Assembly (NCBI GenBank): GCA_964612595.1
Contig: CAZTFB010000003.1
Span: 98,272 to 149,340 of the forward strand
Direction of reading: 5' to 3'
DNA length: 51,069 nt
Source of the DNA: an uncultured Gammaproteobacteria bacterium
GTDB taxonomy: Bacteria > Patescibacteriota > Microgenomatia > UBA1406 > HO2-37-13b
Positions 1 through 8,774 of this stretch are shown here, in pieces. How positions within the stretch are numbered: position 1 is the stretch's first letter; the number at the start of each line of letters is the position of its first letter. Below the pieces are notes generated by a model. The model was not told where the DNA came from and did not search any database. It saw only the letters and a list, made by a program, of their open reading frames with translations. The position numbers and the translations under genes are program-made.

Positions 1-155
1 CTGACATAAAAACTGGCACAGTCTTCTCGTTCACTCTAAAAGGCATTGCGGCTGGGTCTGCAATGTTTTCGTTTGATAAAGACCTAACAATAACTGCAAC
101 AAACGGCGTTAATACCCTAGGCAGCGCTGAGTCTGTTACGATCACCGTTCAATAA
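1..155 (+). CDS. cohesin-like domain protein, C-terminal fragment (gene starts upstream of the window)
   Basis: Frame +3 is open from base 3 and reads DIKTGTVFSFTLKGIAAGSAMFSFDKDLTITATNGVNTLGSAESVTITVQ*. This is colinear with the C-terminus of the 3204..3749 protein ([48 protein letters not shown]). The TAA at 153-155 overlaps the next ATG (TAATG). Confidence 0.75.
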   Translation, partial: DIKTGTVFSFTLKGIAAGSAMFSFDKDLTITATNGVNTLGSAESVTITVQ

Positions 156-3151
156 TGAAAATAGCATCACGCATAAACAGACAGAGAGGTGAAGTTGCCT
201 CATTTTTAACCATTGTCTCAATGGTTGTTCTTTCTTTTGGTATTCTTCTTGGTTATCAGTTAAACAGAAATGCAGCACCAATAAATCCAGCTCCCCAAGC
301 AGCTGCTCCCGCTCCATCAAAACCAATTCCTGCGGACGGCGTCGATAGACACGACGAGGTATGTTTTCCTGGTGGCGATAAGAATCAACAAGTACGTGAC
401 AAATATTGCCGAACACGAATGTATCCCAATCGCATAATGAGAGACGTCATTGAAAAAGCTGATGTTCGAGCGAAGCAGGTATTTGAATCAATTTTTAAGT
501 CAACCACCGATCAATCCGTGCGCAATCCTCATCTTTTATCTATAACAAGTGATGATAAGCGTACCCTGATGATTTATGGTGGCTTATGTCTGAATCGTAG
601 CTCACTTAGTGGAAGCGAGCGACTCTCAACTGATGATGTGGAAGTATATATAAGTTTATTTGGTGTACGAAAATATTATGATGATAAAGGTGCTGTTGGC
701 ATCGTCAGCAATGATAAGAATGATGCATTAAAGTACAAAATCGCCGCAGCTGAAGACAAAGCTGGCTCAAACAATACCGATGAACTTTTCGTTGCAAAAG
801 CTCGAGTGGGAGTTTGTACCTTTACAAACGGAAGAGTTGATGTTACTGACTATAAAAATGTCGACAACCCATTGTTGTTTAATATTCAAACAACGAAAGC
901 CAGCATTGAAAGCGCAATCGCACGTGCGGAAAAGGATCCTACACTTAACCAAAAATTCGATAAAAAAGCCTGTGAAGTCTACATTCACCTTAGAGATAAT
1001 ATTACTGTAGGCACAAACAACAAACCCAAAGACACATATAATATATTTAAGATTGATTTGCGTGAATATCTTGGTGACGAAGCTGCTACGATTTGTGATC
1101 CATCAACGACGCCCACACCAACAATAAGTGAGTCTCCTACTCCCACTTCCCCTACTGTAACCATTTCAACCTCACCAACACCAACAGATGAGGAGCGCAG
1201 ACTAGCTTCACCAACACCACAAACAGCCCAATGTTTCGAAAAATGTATTCCAACTACTCAATGTGGAGCAGATCCTTTGACTGGTAAAGCAATGTCCTGT
1301 TTTAACGCTACAAATCTTAATGTTTTGCCACCAATCTTACCAACAGGTGGGCAGGTTGATAACAATATTGATAATCCTTCCAACAGCCTCAAGTTATGCC
1401 AGAAAGGTGATCTCAACTGTCTTTGTCTACCACAAAGATGCCAGTTTAATCCAGAATCATGCACTAATAAATCAGATGCGTGTGAAAAAAATGATGTGCC
1501 AACGCCACTAATAACAAAAATACCTAATGAAACACCAACAGTCCCCACATCGACTCCTCCTATATCAGCCTGTGTCTTTGATGCGCTTGCCTATGTACAG
1601 GAGTGTGCTAGTATCGATCCAAAAACAGGTCAGTGTAAAAAGGATTCCACGGGTCGTTTCATAGCTAAACCAATAGAGAAAGGGGTTCTCACTACATCGT
1701 GGGGTGCAAGCAATAACAAACAGATTGCCGGAGGGCGATATGGCAGCAATCCAGCTACGCCATTTTCATTCATACAAAATAGTCAAGTCCCTGGCGCCTT
1801 TGATAATATAATAAGGCGATTCCCCTACTATAAAGATGCTTCCCTCGCATCTTTAACATATCTTGATTATCATGCAGAATTTCCTATGCCAGCAGGACGC
1901 AATCCACTTGAAGTTGGTTCGCCTGCGGACTTTACGCCAGAGGGCAGATCAAAGAATCCAATACTTATCGCACCCATTAATCAATATCCAGATGAACAGT
2001 ACTTTAACAGAGAAGATGCGCAGGTAAGATTGTATGCAGATTTTGCAAACAAAGGATACAGAGTTGTTCCTGATGGTAACAGAATTGACTATTGTAACAA
2101 TATTCATGATCTGACCGGTGTATATGGATTAGATTGCAATGAGATAGAATTTGAGGCGAATAGAGTTAATCCTAATGTTGATCCAGCTACGAGGGATCCA
2201 CGCGACACAATTGCAGGTCTTACTGTAGGGTGCGGTCAATCAATCGTATACGGTTGGACTCTTCAAAAATGTAATCCCGAACCAGCGGACTATCTTTTTG
2301 TCATAGATGTATCAACATCCATGTCAACCGGTAAAGATCTTTCTGGTGAAGTTAAGCTCGATGCAGCTAAAAAGTCACTCCTTTCATTCATAGATACAGT
2401 ACAAAAGTATAGTAAAGACAGCAGAGCTGCACTTATACAGTTTAGTTCACCAGACAATACGCGAACAGTTAAAGGATTTACGCCTGATCTAGAAAGTGTA
2501 AAGGCCGCTGTCAATTCAAATCTTACGGTTAAACAAGGCACCTGTATCGAGCATGGCATGCAGGAAACCATAAGCTTGATTCAAAGCAACGCCTCATCTA
2601 ACAGAAAAACATATGTGATTTTCCTAACCGATGGACTTCCCAACTGTCCTGATGGAACTCCAAGTCAGGAAAGCATTGCTAGAATTGGTGTGCATGGTAC
2701 TACTTTACGCGGGATGGCAAATGTTACTACGTACAGTATTGGCTATGGAGATCCTAACAAGGAAGGTGTTGGAGCAGACGTAGAACTCTTTAATGTAATC
2801 AAGCTTATAGCTAAGAGTGAAAATCATGCGTTCTCAACAAGCAGAGACGTGGCCATCGGCGACATTTATAAGACTATAGAAACTGAGTTAAATGCTTGTG
2901 CACGCTCCGAAGCAGCATTTGCAAACTACATAACTTCCCAGGATATAAATGGCGATGGCGTCATCAATACCATAGATCTCTTCCTTATATATGATAATTA
3001 CTTTGCACGCGGCCAGAATCTTCCAGAAGATCTTAATGGCGATCAAATTGTTAACTCACTTGATGTGTCGATAATCGTCAACAACATGGGTAAAGTAGTC
3101 CCCCAGGAAAATAATACTGCTCAAAAATCTATTGGTGACGTCTTCAATTAA
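155..3151 (+). CDS. large surface protein: signal-anchor, PT linkers, conserved Cys-bracketed module, vWA/MIDAS domain, C-terminal dockerin pair
   Basis: 998-aa ORF. N-terminal RQRGEVASFLTIVSMVVLSFGILLG hydrophobic segment. PT-rich linkers. FVIDVSTSMS (about 2297-2326) is a DxSxS MIDAS motif, followed by FLTDGLPN. The C-terminus has DINGDGVINTIDL and DLNGDQIVNSLDV (about 2942-3070), two dockerin-type Ca-binding segments. Confidence 0.85.
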   Translation: MKIASRINRQRGEVASFLTIVSMVVLSFGILLGYQLNRNAAPINPAPQAAAPAPSKPIPADGVDRHDEVCFPGGDKNQQVRDKYCRTRMYPNRIMRDVIEKADVRAKQVFESIFKSTTDQSVRNPHLLSITSDDKRTLMIYGGLCLNRSSLSGSERLSTDDVEVYISLFGVRKYYDDKGAVGIVSNDKNDALKYKIAAAEDKAGSNNTDELFVAKARVGVCTFTNGRVDVTDYKNVDNPLLFNIQTTKASIESAIARAEKDPTLNQKFDKKACEVYIHLRDNITVGTNNKPKDTYNIFKIDLREYLGDEAATICDPSTTPTPTISESPTPTSPTVTISTSPTPTDEERRLASPTPQTAQCFEKCIPTTQCGADPLTGKAMSCFNATNLNVLPPILPTGGQVDNNIDNPSNSLKLCQKGDLNCLCLPQRCQFNPESCTNKSDACEKNDVPTPLITKIPNETPTVPTSTPPISACVFDALAYVQECASIDPKTGQCKKDSTGRFIAKPIEKGVLTTSWGASNNKQIAGGRYGSNPATPFSFIQNSQVPGAFDNIIRRFPYYKDASLASLTYLDYHAEFPMPAGRNPLEVGSPADFTPEGRSKNPILIAPINQYPDEQYFNREDAQVRLYADFANKGYRVVPDGNRIDYCNNIHDLTGVYGLDCNEIEFEANRVNPNVDPATRDPRDTIAGLTVGCGQSIVYGWTLQKCNPEPADYLFVIDVSTSMSTGKDLSGEVKLDAAKKSLLSFIDTVQKYSKDSRAALIQFSSPDNTRTVKGFTPDLESVKAAVNSNLTVKQGTCIEHGMQETISLIQSNASSNRKTYVIFLTDGLPNCPDGTPSQESIARIGVHGTTLRGMANVTTYSIGYGDPNKEGVGADVELFNVIKLIAKSENHAFSTSRDVAIGDIYKTIETELNACARSEAAFANYITSQDINGDGVINTIDLFLIYDNYFARGQNLPEDLNGDQIVNSLDVSIIVNNMGKVVPQENNTAQKSIGDVFN

Positions 3152-3166
3152 GCCTCGTATTTTCTC

Positions 3167-3196
3167 TTGACAAACATCTTTAAAACCACGTACAAT
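3167..3196 (+). promoter_or_regulatory. sigma70-type promoter (TTGACA-18 nt-TACAAT) driving a leaderless cohesin-like gene
   Basis: TTGACA at 3167-3172, 18-nt spacer, TACAAT at 3191-3196, ATG at 3204 seven nt downstream. The architecture and the CTTGACAAACA string match the promoter at 12241. Confidence 0.6.
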
Positions 3197-3203
3197 GTTT
3201 CAC

Positions 3204-3749
3204 ATGGATCAATCTAAAACTCTTCAACCTAATAAGAATATAGCCCTCATTGGAATAGTATTTTTTGTATTTGCAGTAAGTCTTATTATGGGACTTATCT
3301 TTGCACAGAAGAAATCCTCACCTACGAATAATAATGCAGAGGAAAATCAGCTTGGCTCAACTCAGCTTATGCTAAAGCCCCAAGTAACCTCACTTCAGAA
3401 AGGTGAAAGTACACAAGTAATGGTTGAGATTGCCGGATCCCCCTCTCAAGCGGCAGATATTGTCATTACCTTCGATCCAAAGCTTCTCAGAGCCTCGGAC
3501 ATAGTAAATGGCGATGTTTTCCCCGACTTACTACGCAGCGAAATAAAAGAGAACCAGCTTATTGTATCCTCAGCCGTCGACCCAAACAATCCTACCAATC
3601 TTAAAACAGGAGTCATATTCAGCTTTACAGTTACTGCAATGGAATCTGGATCAGCTGCACTTGAATTTAATAAAGATCTTACGATTACTGCGCATAGTGG
3701 TACTAACACACTTGGGTCTGCCGAACCAGTTACCATATCCGTAAAATAA
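3204..3749 (+). CDS. membrane-anchored single-cohesin-like protein
   Basis: The ORF track starts at 3195, but that ATG lies inside the -10 box, so ATG 3204 is favoured. One N-terminal TM helix ([21 protein letters not shown]). Cohesin-like signature [20 protein letters not shown] ... [20 protein letters not shown] resembles clostridial cohesins (F-x-YDP-x-x-L ... G-x-F). Confidence 0.75.
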   Translation: MDQSKTLQPNKNIALIGIVFFVFAVSLIMGLIFAQKKSSPTNNNAEENQLGSTQLMLKPQVTSLQKGESTQVMVEIAGSPSQAADIVITFDPKLLRASDIVNGDVFPDLLRSEIKENQLIVSSAVDPNNPTNLKTGVIFSFTVTAMESGSAALEFNKDLTITAHSGTNTLGSAEPVTISVK

Positions 3750-3769
3750 AGTAGACGTTAGATGAAACT

Positions 3770-6268
3770 ATGAATATATTTAAAAGAAAAAATCGCCATC
3801 AAAGAGGTGAAGTTGCTTCGTTATTGACCATAGTGTCTATGCTTGTTATTACGGCAGGTATTATTATTGGCACAAACTTCAGTCAATCCTCTCGATCGAT
3901 CAATACTGCCCCTCTTGCTGCAGGTGGCCCAACACCTATAGATCTGGGGTACACAGGCGGGAGATGGTTCGACGGTTCACAAGGTTTGATCTGTGCCGCA
4001 GAATTTACCTGTAATGCTGATCCTATTATTCAAGTACTTGAAATTCGATCTCTTGACGGAACTCAGAAATTTAGCTTAGCCACCGATGCAACAGGTCGTG
4101 GTATTCCAGACGGTTCCCCTATCGGCAAGTCAATAACCGGATCGTGTAGCAACAGATCGTACGGTATTTCTGTAAACTGGGATCCACGAATTGAATACAC
4201 AGATGCGCAAAAAAGAAACATAAAAAGATCGACGGGCTATGATATAAAGAAAGGCCAAATACTATTAAGCGTTCGTCAATCAGCGACAGAACAACGATAC
4301 TTTGTATATGATAGACCTACGTGGCTTACGGGTGGCGAAGATGCAATTTTTTACTTTGAATTTGATGCTAAAACAGCTGGTATTACACGAAGATATTCAC
4401 AGATTGCCAAAGGTAAAAAAGGGTGTGCTCCAGAAATTACTGCTACTGTCACACCAACAACTCCATTGTCTGGAACGCCATCACCAACACCTACAAGCAT
4501 CACATCACCAACACCTTCACCAACCGGAACATTGACGTCAACTCCAATACCATCAGCAACACCAACTGGTACAGCAACATCAACACCTACGTCGACCCTT
4601 ACACCAACACCAAGTTGTGGAGGTCCAACCTGCCCTCCACCAACAAATACGCCAACACCAACACCAAGTTGTGGAGGTCCAACCTGCCCTCCACCAACAA
4701 ATACGCCAACACCAATTGTCGGAAATGCATGTAACTATAACGCCCTCGTATACATCCAAGAATGTACGCCAAACGCTAAAGGTGAATGCGAACGCGACAC
4801 AAAAGGCAACTTCATCGCACGCGCACTACCTGCTTCGGAGCTTGCTAAATTTGGCACTATTAATAATAGGCAACTTGCGGGTGGACGTTATGGATCAGAA
4901 CCCGCTTCACGATTTAGCCTATTCACAGGCAATCCAACCGAAGCAACCAGTATTATCAGCACCTTCCCCTACTTTAGTGGCATTCTGGGATCCCAACTTG
5001 CATACTTTAGGTATGATGTGTCACAACCAGTTCCTGCAGGTGTAGACCCACTGAAAAGGACAACGGGAACCACAGGTATATTTATACCTCCTACATTCAC
5101 ACACCCTAATGAACGCTATCCGAACATGGAAACTGCAAGCGTGCGTCTTACATTAAAAAGACCAGACTATAGAATTGTTCCTAGGGGTAATGAAACAAAG
5201 TATTGTAGAAACAATATTTCCGGTGGTTTTATCGGAGCATGTGACCCATCTGCTTACTCCTATCCTGTAGACAACTCTGTCGATCTATCTAAAAGAGATC
5301 CTCGAGATACCATTAACGGTCTTATCGTCGGCTGTGGGCAAAACATAGTGTATGGATGGACAGTGCAAAAATGTGTATCTAACTTTGACTATGTTTTTGT
5401 CATGGATACCTCTACTTCAATGATAACGACCAGAGACATTACAACAGGCAAACTCAAGAAGGACGCAGCAAGCGATGCATTGCAAAACTTCCTCACAAAT
5501 ATTAAAAATTCTGGAGGTGATCATCGAGCATCACTCCTACAATTCAGTAGCAGAAGAAATACTCGCACTGTCGTCCCCTTTACTAATAATATAGATACCG
5601 TAAAAGCTGCTGCTCTAAATGATTTAAAGTATGAAGAAGGAACATGTATTGAGTGTGGTATTCGCGAAACCATTAACCTCCTTACGAATTTCAGAGCTGA
5701 TAAATCTAGAAACGTAGTAGTGGTATTCCTTACAGATGGCTTACCAAATAGTGATCCAGGAAATCCACGTGCAGGTGGCTACGAAGGCGAAATCACGACA
5801 GAGGCTAACAGACTAAAAGCGATGAATATAGCTGCAACTGGATCCACTCCACCAACTGTCATTGCAATCGGCTATGGCAACCCTGTTGCCGCCTCAAACC
5901 CTGATCCACGAGAGTTAGGTACTGCTGAACTTACTCGCGTGATCAAACTTATATCCACTGATGACACATGGGCATTTTCAACAGCTGCTAACATAAGTAT
6001 TAGTGAGGTATTTAGACGTGTAGAGAGTAGTCTTAACTCTTGTTCAAAATCAGAGGCTCTTCATGCAGCATTCATGAAGGCAAAGGATATTAATGGTGAC
6101 GGAATTATTAACACCGTTGATCTCTTCGCGCTGTACGATACTTACTTCCAACAAGGACAAGGACTTTCGGGTGATTTGAACGACGATGGTGTCATTAATT
6201 CGCTCGATGTTTCCCTCATGATTGGTGATCTGGGTACAGTAGTGAGTCCAGAGCTCGAATCACAATGA
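3770..6268 (+). CDS. large surface protein, paralog of 155..3151: signal-anchor, PT/Cys linker, conserved module, vWA/MIDAS, dockerin pair
   Basis: 832-aa ORF. The N-terminus HQRGEVASLLTIVSMLVITAGIIIG is nearly identical to the 155 ORF. Also has FVMDTSTSM MIDAS, FLTDGLPN, and C-terminal DINGDGIINTVDL ... DLNDDGVINSLDV. Confidence 0.85.
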   Translation: MNIFKRKNRHQRGEVASLLTIVSMLVITAGIIIGTNFSQSSRSINTAPLAAGGPTPIDLGYTGGRWFDGSQGLICAAEFTCNADPIIQVLEIRSLDGTQKFSLATDATGRGIPDGSPIGKSITGSCSNRSYGISVNWDPRIEYTDAQKRNIKRSTGYDIKKGQILLSVRQSATEQRYFVYDRPTWLTGGEDAIFYFEFDAKTAGITRRYSQIAKGKKGCAPEITATVTPTTPLSGTPSPTPTSITSPTPSPTGTLTSTPIPSATPTGTATSTPTSTLTPTPSCGGPTCPPPTNTPTPTPSCGGPTCPPPTNTPTPIVGNACNYNALVYIQECTPNAKGECERDTKGNFIARALPASELAKFGTINNRQLAGGRYGSEPASRFSLFTGNPTEATSIISTFPYFSGILGSQLAYFRYDVSQPVPAGVDPLKRTTGTTGIFIPPTFTHPNERYPNMETASVRLTLKRPDYRIVPRGNETKYCRNNISGGFIGACDPSAYSYPVDNSVDLSKRDPRDTINGLIVGCGQNIVYGWTVQKCVSNFDYVFVMDTSTSMITTRDITTGKLKKDAASDALQNFLTNIKNSGGDHRASLLQFSSRRNTRTVVPFTNNIDTVKAAALNDLKYEEGTCIECGIRETINLLTNFRADKSRNVVVVFLTDGLPNSDPGNPRAGGYEGEITTEANRLKAMNIAATGSTPPTVIAIGYGNPVAASNPDPRELGTAELTRVIKLISTDDTWAFSTAANISISEVFRRVESSLNSCSKSEALHAAFMKAKDINGDGIINTVDLFALYDTYFQQGQGLSGDLNDDGVINSLDVSLMIGDLGTVVSPELESQ
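4601..4708 (+). repeat. perfect tandem duplication, 2 x 54 bp, inside the linker of the 3770 ORF
   Basis: 4601-4654 and 4655-4708 are identical (acaccaacaccaagttgtggaggtccaacctgccctccaccaacaaatacgcca). They encode TPTPSCGGPTCPPPTNTP twice. Confidence 0.9.
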
Positions 6269-7059
6269 AACAATTAGTGCTTGTATCAAGTGCCCTTTTT
6301 CTTGCTTTCGGTATTGTGCTTGGCACACTCTTTCTTCAGTCCGATAAACCTCTCGCTCTCCTTTCAGAAGCAAAAGTTACCACACCACCTTACTGCCCTA
6401 TTAATCTCACTCTTTATGTACATGAAATTAATAAAAACGGTGAAGAGGTTCCCCTTACTATCGAATCTAATCTAGACATCGATGTCTTACAATGGAGTAT
6501 TACTGATGGACAAAACCTTATTTCTCAACCACTTTACTTTAACCAAATTCCGCGAATGGAATATATTCTAAGATCCGATACCCTAACATTTGCATCTTCA
6601 CCCCTTACACAAGACATATATCAAAAAGGTGATGAGACGTTTCTTACGTTAAACTACCAGAATGAATTGTTCAACATTGTTAAACAAGAAATCGCAACAT
6701 GTAGTTCACCCAATAAACCTGAACTTTGTTCTACACTCGGTTCAAATGAAGATGCTGCTTTTCCAACAACTGCACTAGATACCATAAATGGCATTACACT
6801 AGATTGTAATATGCAACTTGAAGCAGGATGGGTCGTACAACGACGACCTTCCGACATAAACCAATCGTCACAGTCAGCAGCGCCATCGACTACTGAATGT
6901 GACTTAAACAATGATGGTACCTGTAATACATTTGACCTATTTATTGTGTTGGATAATTATGGAAAAAATGGGTTAGACCTTCCTGGAGATGTAAATGGAG
7001 ATAATAAAGTAAATGCGCTTGACTATACACTCATGACAAGCAGGATTTCTCTCTTGTAA
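6265..7059 (+). CDS. secreted/anchored protein with C-terminal dockerin pair
   Basis: 264-aa ORF whose start overlaps the previous stop (ATGA). Has an N-terminal TM helix. C-terminus is CDLNNDGTCNTFDLFIVLDNYG ... DVNGDNKVNALDYTLM. Carries the tail of the conserved module (DTINGITLDCNMQLEAGWVVQRR). Confidence 0.75.
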   Translation: MKQLVLVSSALFLAFGIVLGTLFLQSDKPLALLSEAKVTTPPYCPINLTLYVHEINKNGEEVPLTIESNLDIDVLQWSITDGQNLISQPLYFNQIPRMEYILRSDTLTFASSPLTQDIYQKGDETFLTLNYQNELFNIVKQEIATCSSPNKPELCSTLGSNEDAAFPTTALDTINGITLDCNMQLEAGWVVQRRPSDINQSSQSAAPSTTECDLNNDGTCNTFDLFIVLDNYGKNGLDLPGDVNGDNKVNALDYTLMTSRISLL

Positions 7060-7088
7060 TATTGCCTTATCTTATCTAGAATGATCGT

Positions 7089-8774
7089 ATGTACGTCGTA
7101 AAGACTGCTCATATTTTTATAGTATTATTCCTACTTTCCCTGCTCGGTACGGGCTCTGTGGCCTACGGACAATCCAAGCCTGAGATTACCTATGTAAGAA
7201 ACGCCGATATTGGCTTCACTATTTCAAATATTACACCCTCACGTCAATGGGACTATATTCTATATTCTGATTTTTGTTTTAGCGCAAATCCCCCTTCAAA
7301 CGCCAGCGCCTCGGTTCAAGTAACTATGGATCTTAAAGACACCTCAAACCCCTCTCTAGAGAAAGAGGAGGTTATCGGTGCTGCTGTAAACCAGCTCATT
7401 ACAAACCCCGCAACAACTCGTTGTGGCTCTAGTAGGCTCCGCCGATTAACTGCGAATGCACCCTTTAATATTCCTCCTCGTGACAGATGGACTGAAAGTT
7501 GTCCAAGAATAAAGGTTAAAGTTATTACAAAGGGGCCATGGAGACCATTCCCTCAAGAAGACGTGGCCTACATCGAAAGAAGTTTCTTATGCCCTGATGG
7601 TGTTGTCGAAGATCCTGATCCTACTGCCACAACATCACCAAGCAGACCGACGGGAAGTGCTGGTCCAACACGTATCCCCTTTCGACCTCGACCAACATCT
7701 GTACCAACAAGCTCACCTACCCCTGAGCCTAATGCTATTGAAGGTCGTATCACTGTTTTCTCTTGTGCACAGCCAGAAAATGTTACCTTAAGTTATTGTG
7801 ATGATCCAAGTGGTTCAAGCTGTAGCGATATTAACCTATCGCCTACAAAACAAGATCAAGCGATATGGCTCGACGACGAGACGAATGAGCGCACATTTAT
7901 ATATAGATATCGCATAACGAAAGATAAAGCAGGAAATGAGCTCGACACGAGCAAGAAATACACTATATATAACGCAAACGCGCGCATAAAGAGATTTAAG
8001 GATGCAACCATAGAGTCATTCCCTTCACTCAAAGAAGACAAGAAAGAAGTTTCAGTGCCTGGTACACATGATCTTTCTGTGTATGCGGCCGCCCAAACTT
8101 GTGCATGTGTCTTTCATGCACGAGCTCATGTACGTGATGCAGATACGGGAGAAATTACCACCGCTCTTGATGAAGCCCTCGTTCCAGGCAAAGACTTAAC
8201 TTTCGGCAGCGCGAATGATATGCAAATAATTTCAAGAGGTGACAAACCTGTGAGCCCCTTTACAAATGGAATATTAGATGTTTTAGAAAGTCTTCATGAC
8301 ATAAATTACAGCAACACGGTCGGCCCATGGACACCGTACGGCATTGATGGCATGGCACACGTTCGTCTTTATGCACCAGGCTACAGTGTTGTTAAACAGC
8401 GCTGCCAAACAACTGCCCAAAGCCAGGTTCATGCCTGCCCAGGGGGCTCACTCGAAAGAGAGTCAACCTTTACTGATGACCATAACTTTGTGGGTTTCAG
8501 AGTTGCCTGCGGCGTTGATGTATCGTACGACTGGTATATAAGAAAAAATGCAGGGACCGCTGATGTAGCAGTCATGCGTGTGACCAAACCAGAAGATGTT
8601 GACATAAATAATGATGGATTTATAAATACTGCCGATCTTGTTGCTTGTATAGATGAATGGGGTACAGAATCAGGGTCCTATACTTGTGATATAAATAAGG
8701 ATAAAGCAGTAGATGCACTTGATTTATCACTCGTTACCAGTTTGCAAGGCGTAGACGTTAATGAAGCTCAATAA
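7089..8774 (+). CDS. secreted protein with conserved N-terminal domain, PT linker, Cys-bracketed module and dockerin pair
   Basis: 561-aa ORF with a signal peptide (…GTGSVAYGQ). The N-terminal domain is paralogous to the 12883 ORF (RQWDYILYSDFCFSANPPSN vs NRWDYMLSGGLCFTNNPPSN). C-terminus is DINNDGFINTADL ... DINKDKAVDALDLSLV. Confidence 0.8.
   Translation: MYVVKTAHIFIVLFLLSLLGTGSVAYGQSKPEITYVRNADIGFTISNITPSRQWDYILYSDFCFSANPPSNASASVQVTMDLKDTSNPSLEKEEVIGAAVNQLITNPATTRCGSSRLRRLTANAPFNIPPRDRWTESCPRIKVKVITKGPWRPFPQEDVAYIERSFLCPDGVVEDPDPTATTSPSRPTGSAGPTRIPFRPRPTSVPTSSPTPEPNAIEGRITVFSCAQPENVTLSYCDDPSGSSCSDINLSPTKQDQAIWLDDETNERTFIYRYRITKDKAGNELDTSKKYTIYNANARIKRFKDATIESFPSLKEDKKEVSVPGTHDLSVYAAAQTCACVFHARAHVRDADTGEITTALDEALVPGKDLTFGSANDMQIISRGDKPVSPFTNGILDVLESLHDINYSNTVGPWTPYGIDGMAHVRLYAPGYSVVKQRCQTTAQSQVHACPGGSLERESTFTDDHNFVGFRVACGVDVSYDWYIRKNAGTADVAVMRVTKPEDVDINNDGFINTADLVACIDEWGTESGSYTCDINKDKAVDALDLSLVTSLQGVDVNEAQ

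Noticed and set aside
155-260. Type IV pilin-like (class III) signal in the conserved N-terminus (Q/H)QRGEVAS(F/L)LTIVSM of the 155 and 3770 ORFs
   Set aside because: The G-F-T-L-I-E consensus and the Glu at +5 are absent. It is treated as a shared signal-anchor of paralogs only.
4302-5045. Three overlapping alternative-frame ORFs (4302..4535, 4423..4734, 4617..5045) inside the 3770 gene
   Set aside because: They are frame-shifted readings of the PT-rich/Cys linker (His/Gln/Asn-rich low-complexity products). The 3770 frame carries recognisable vWA and dockerin domains.
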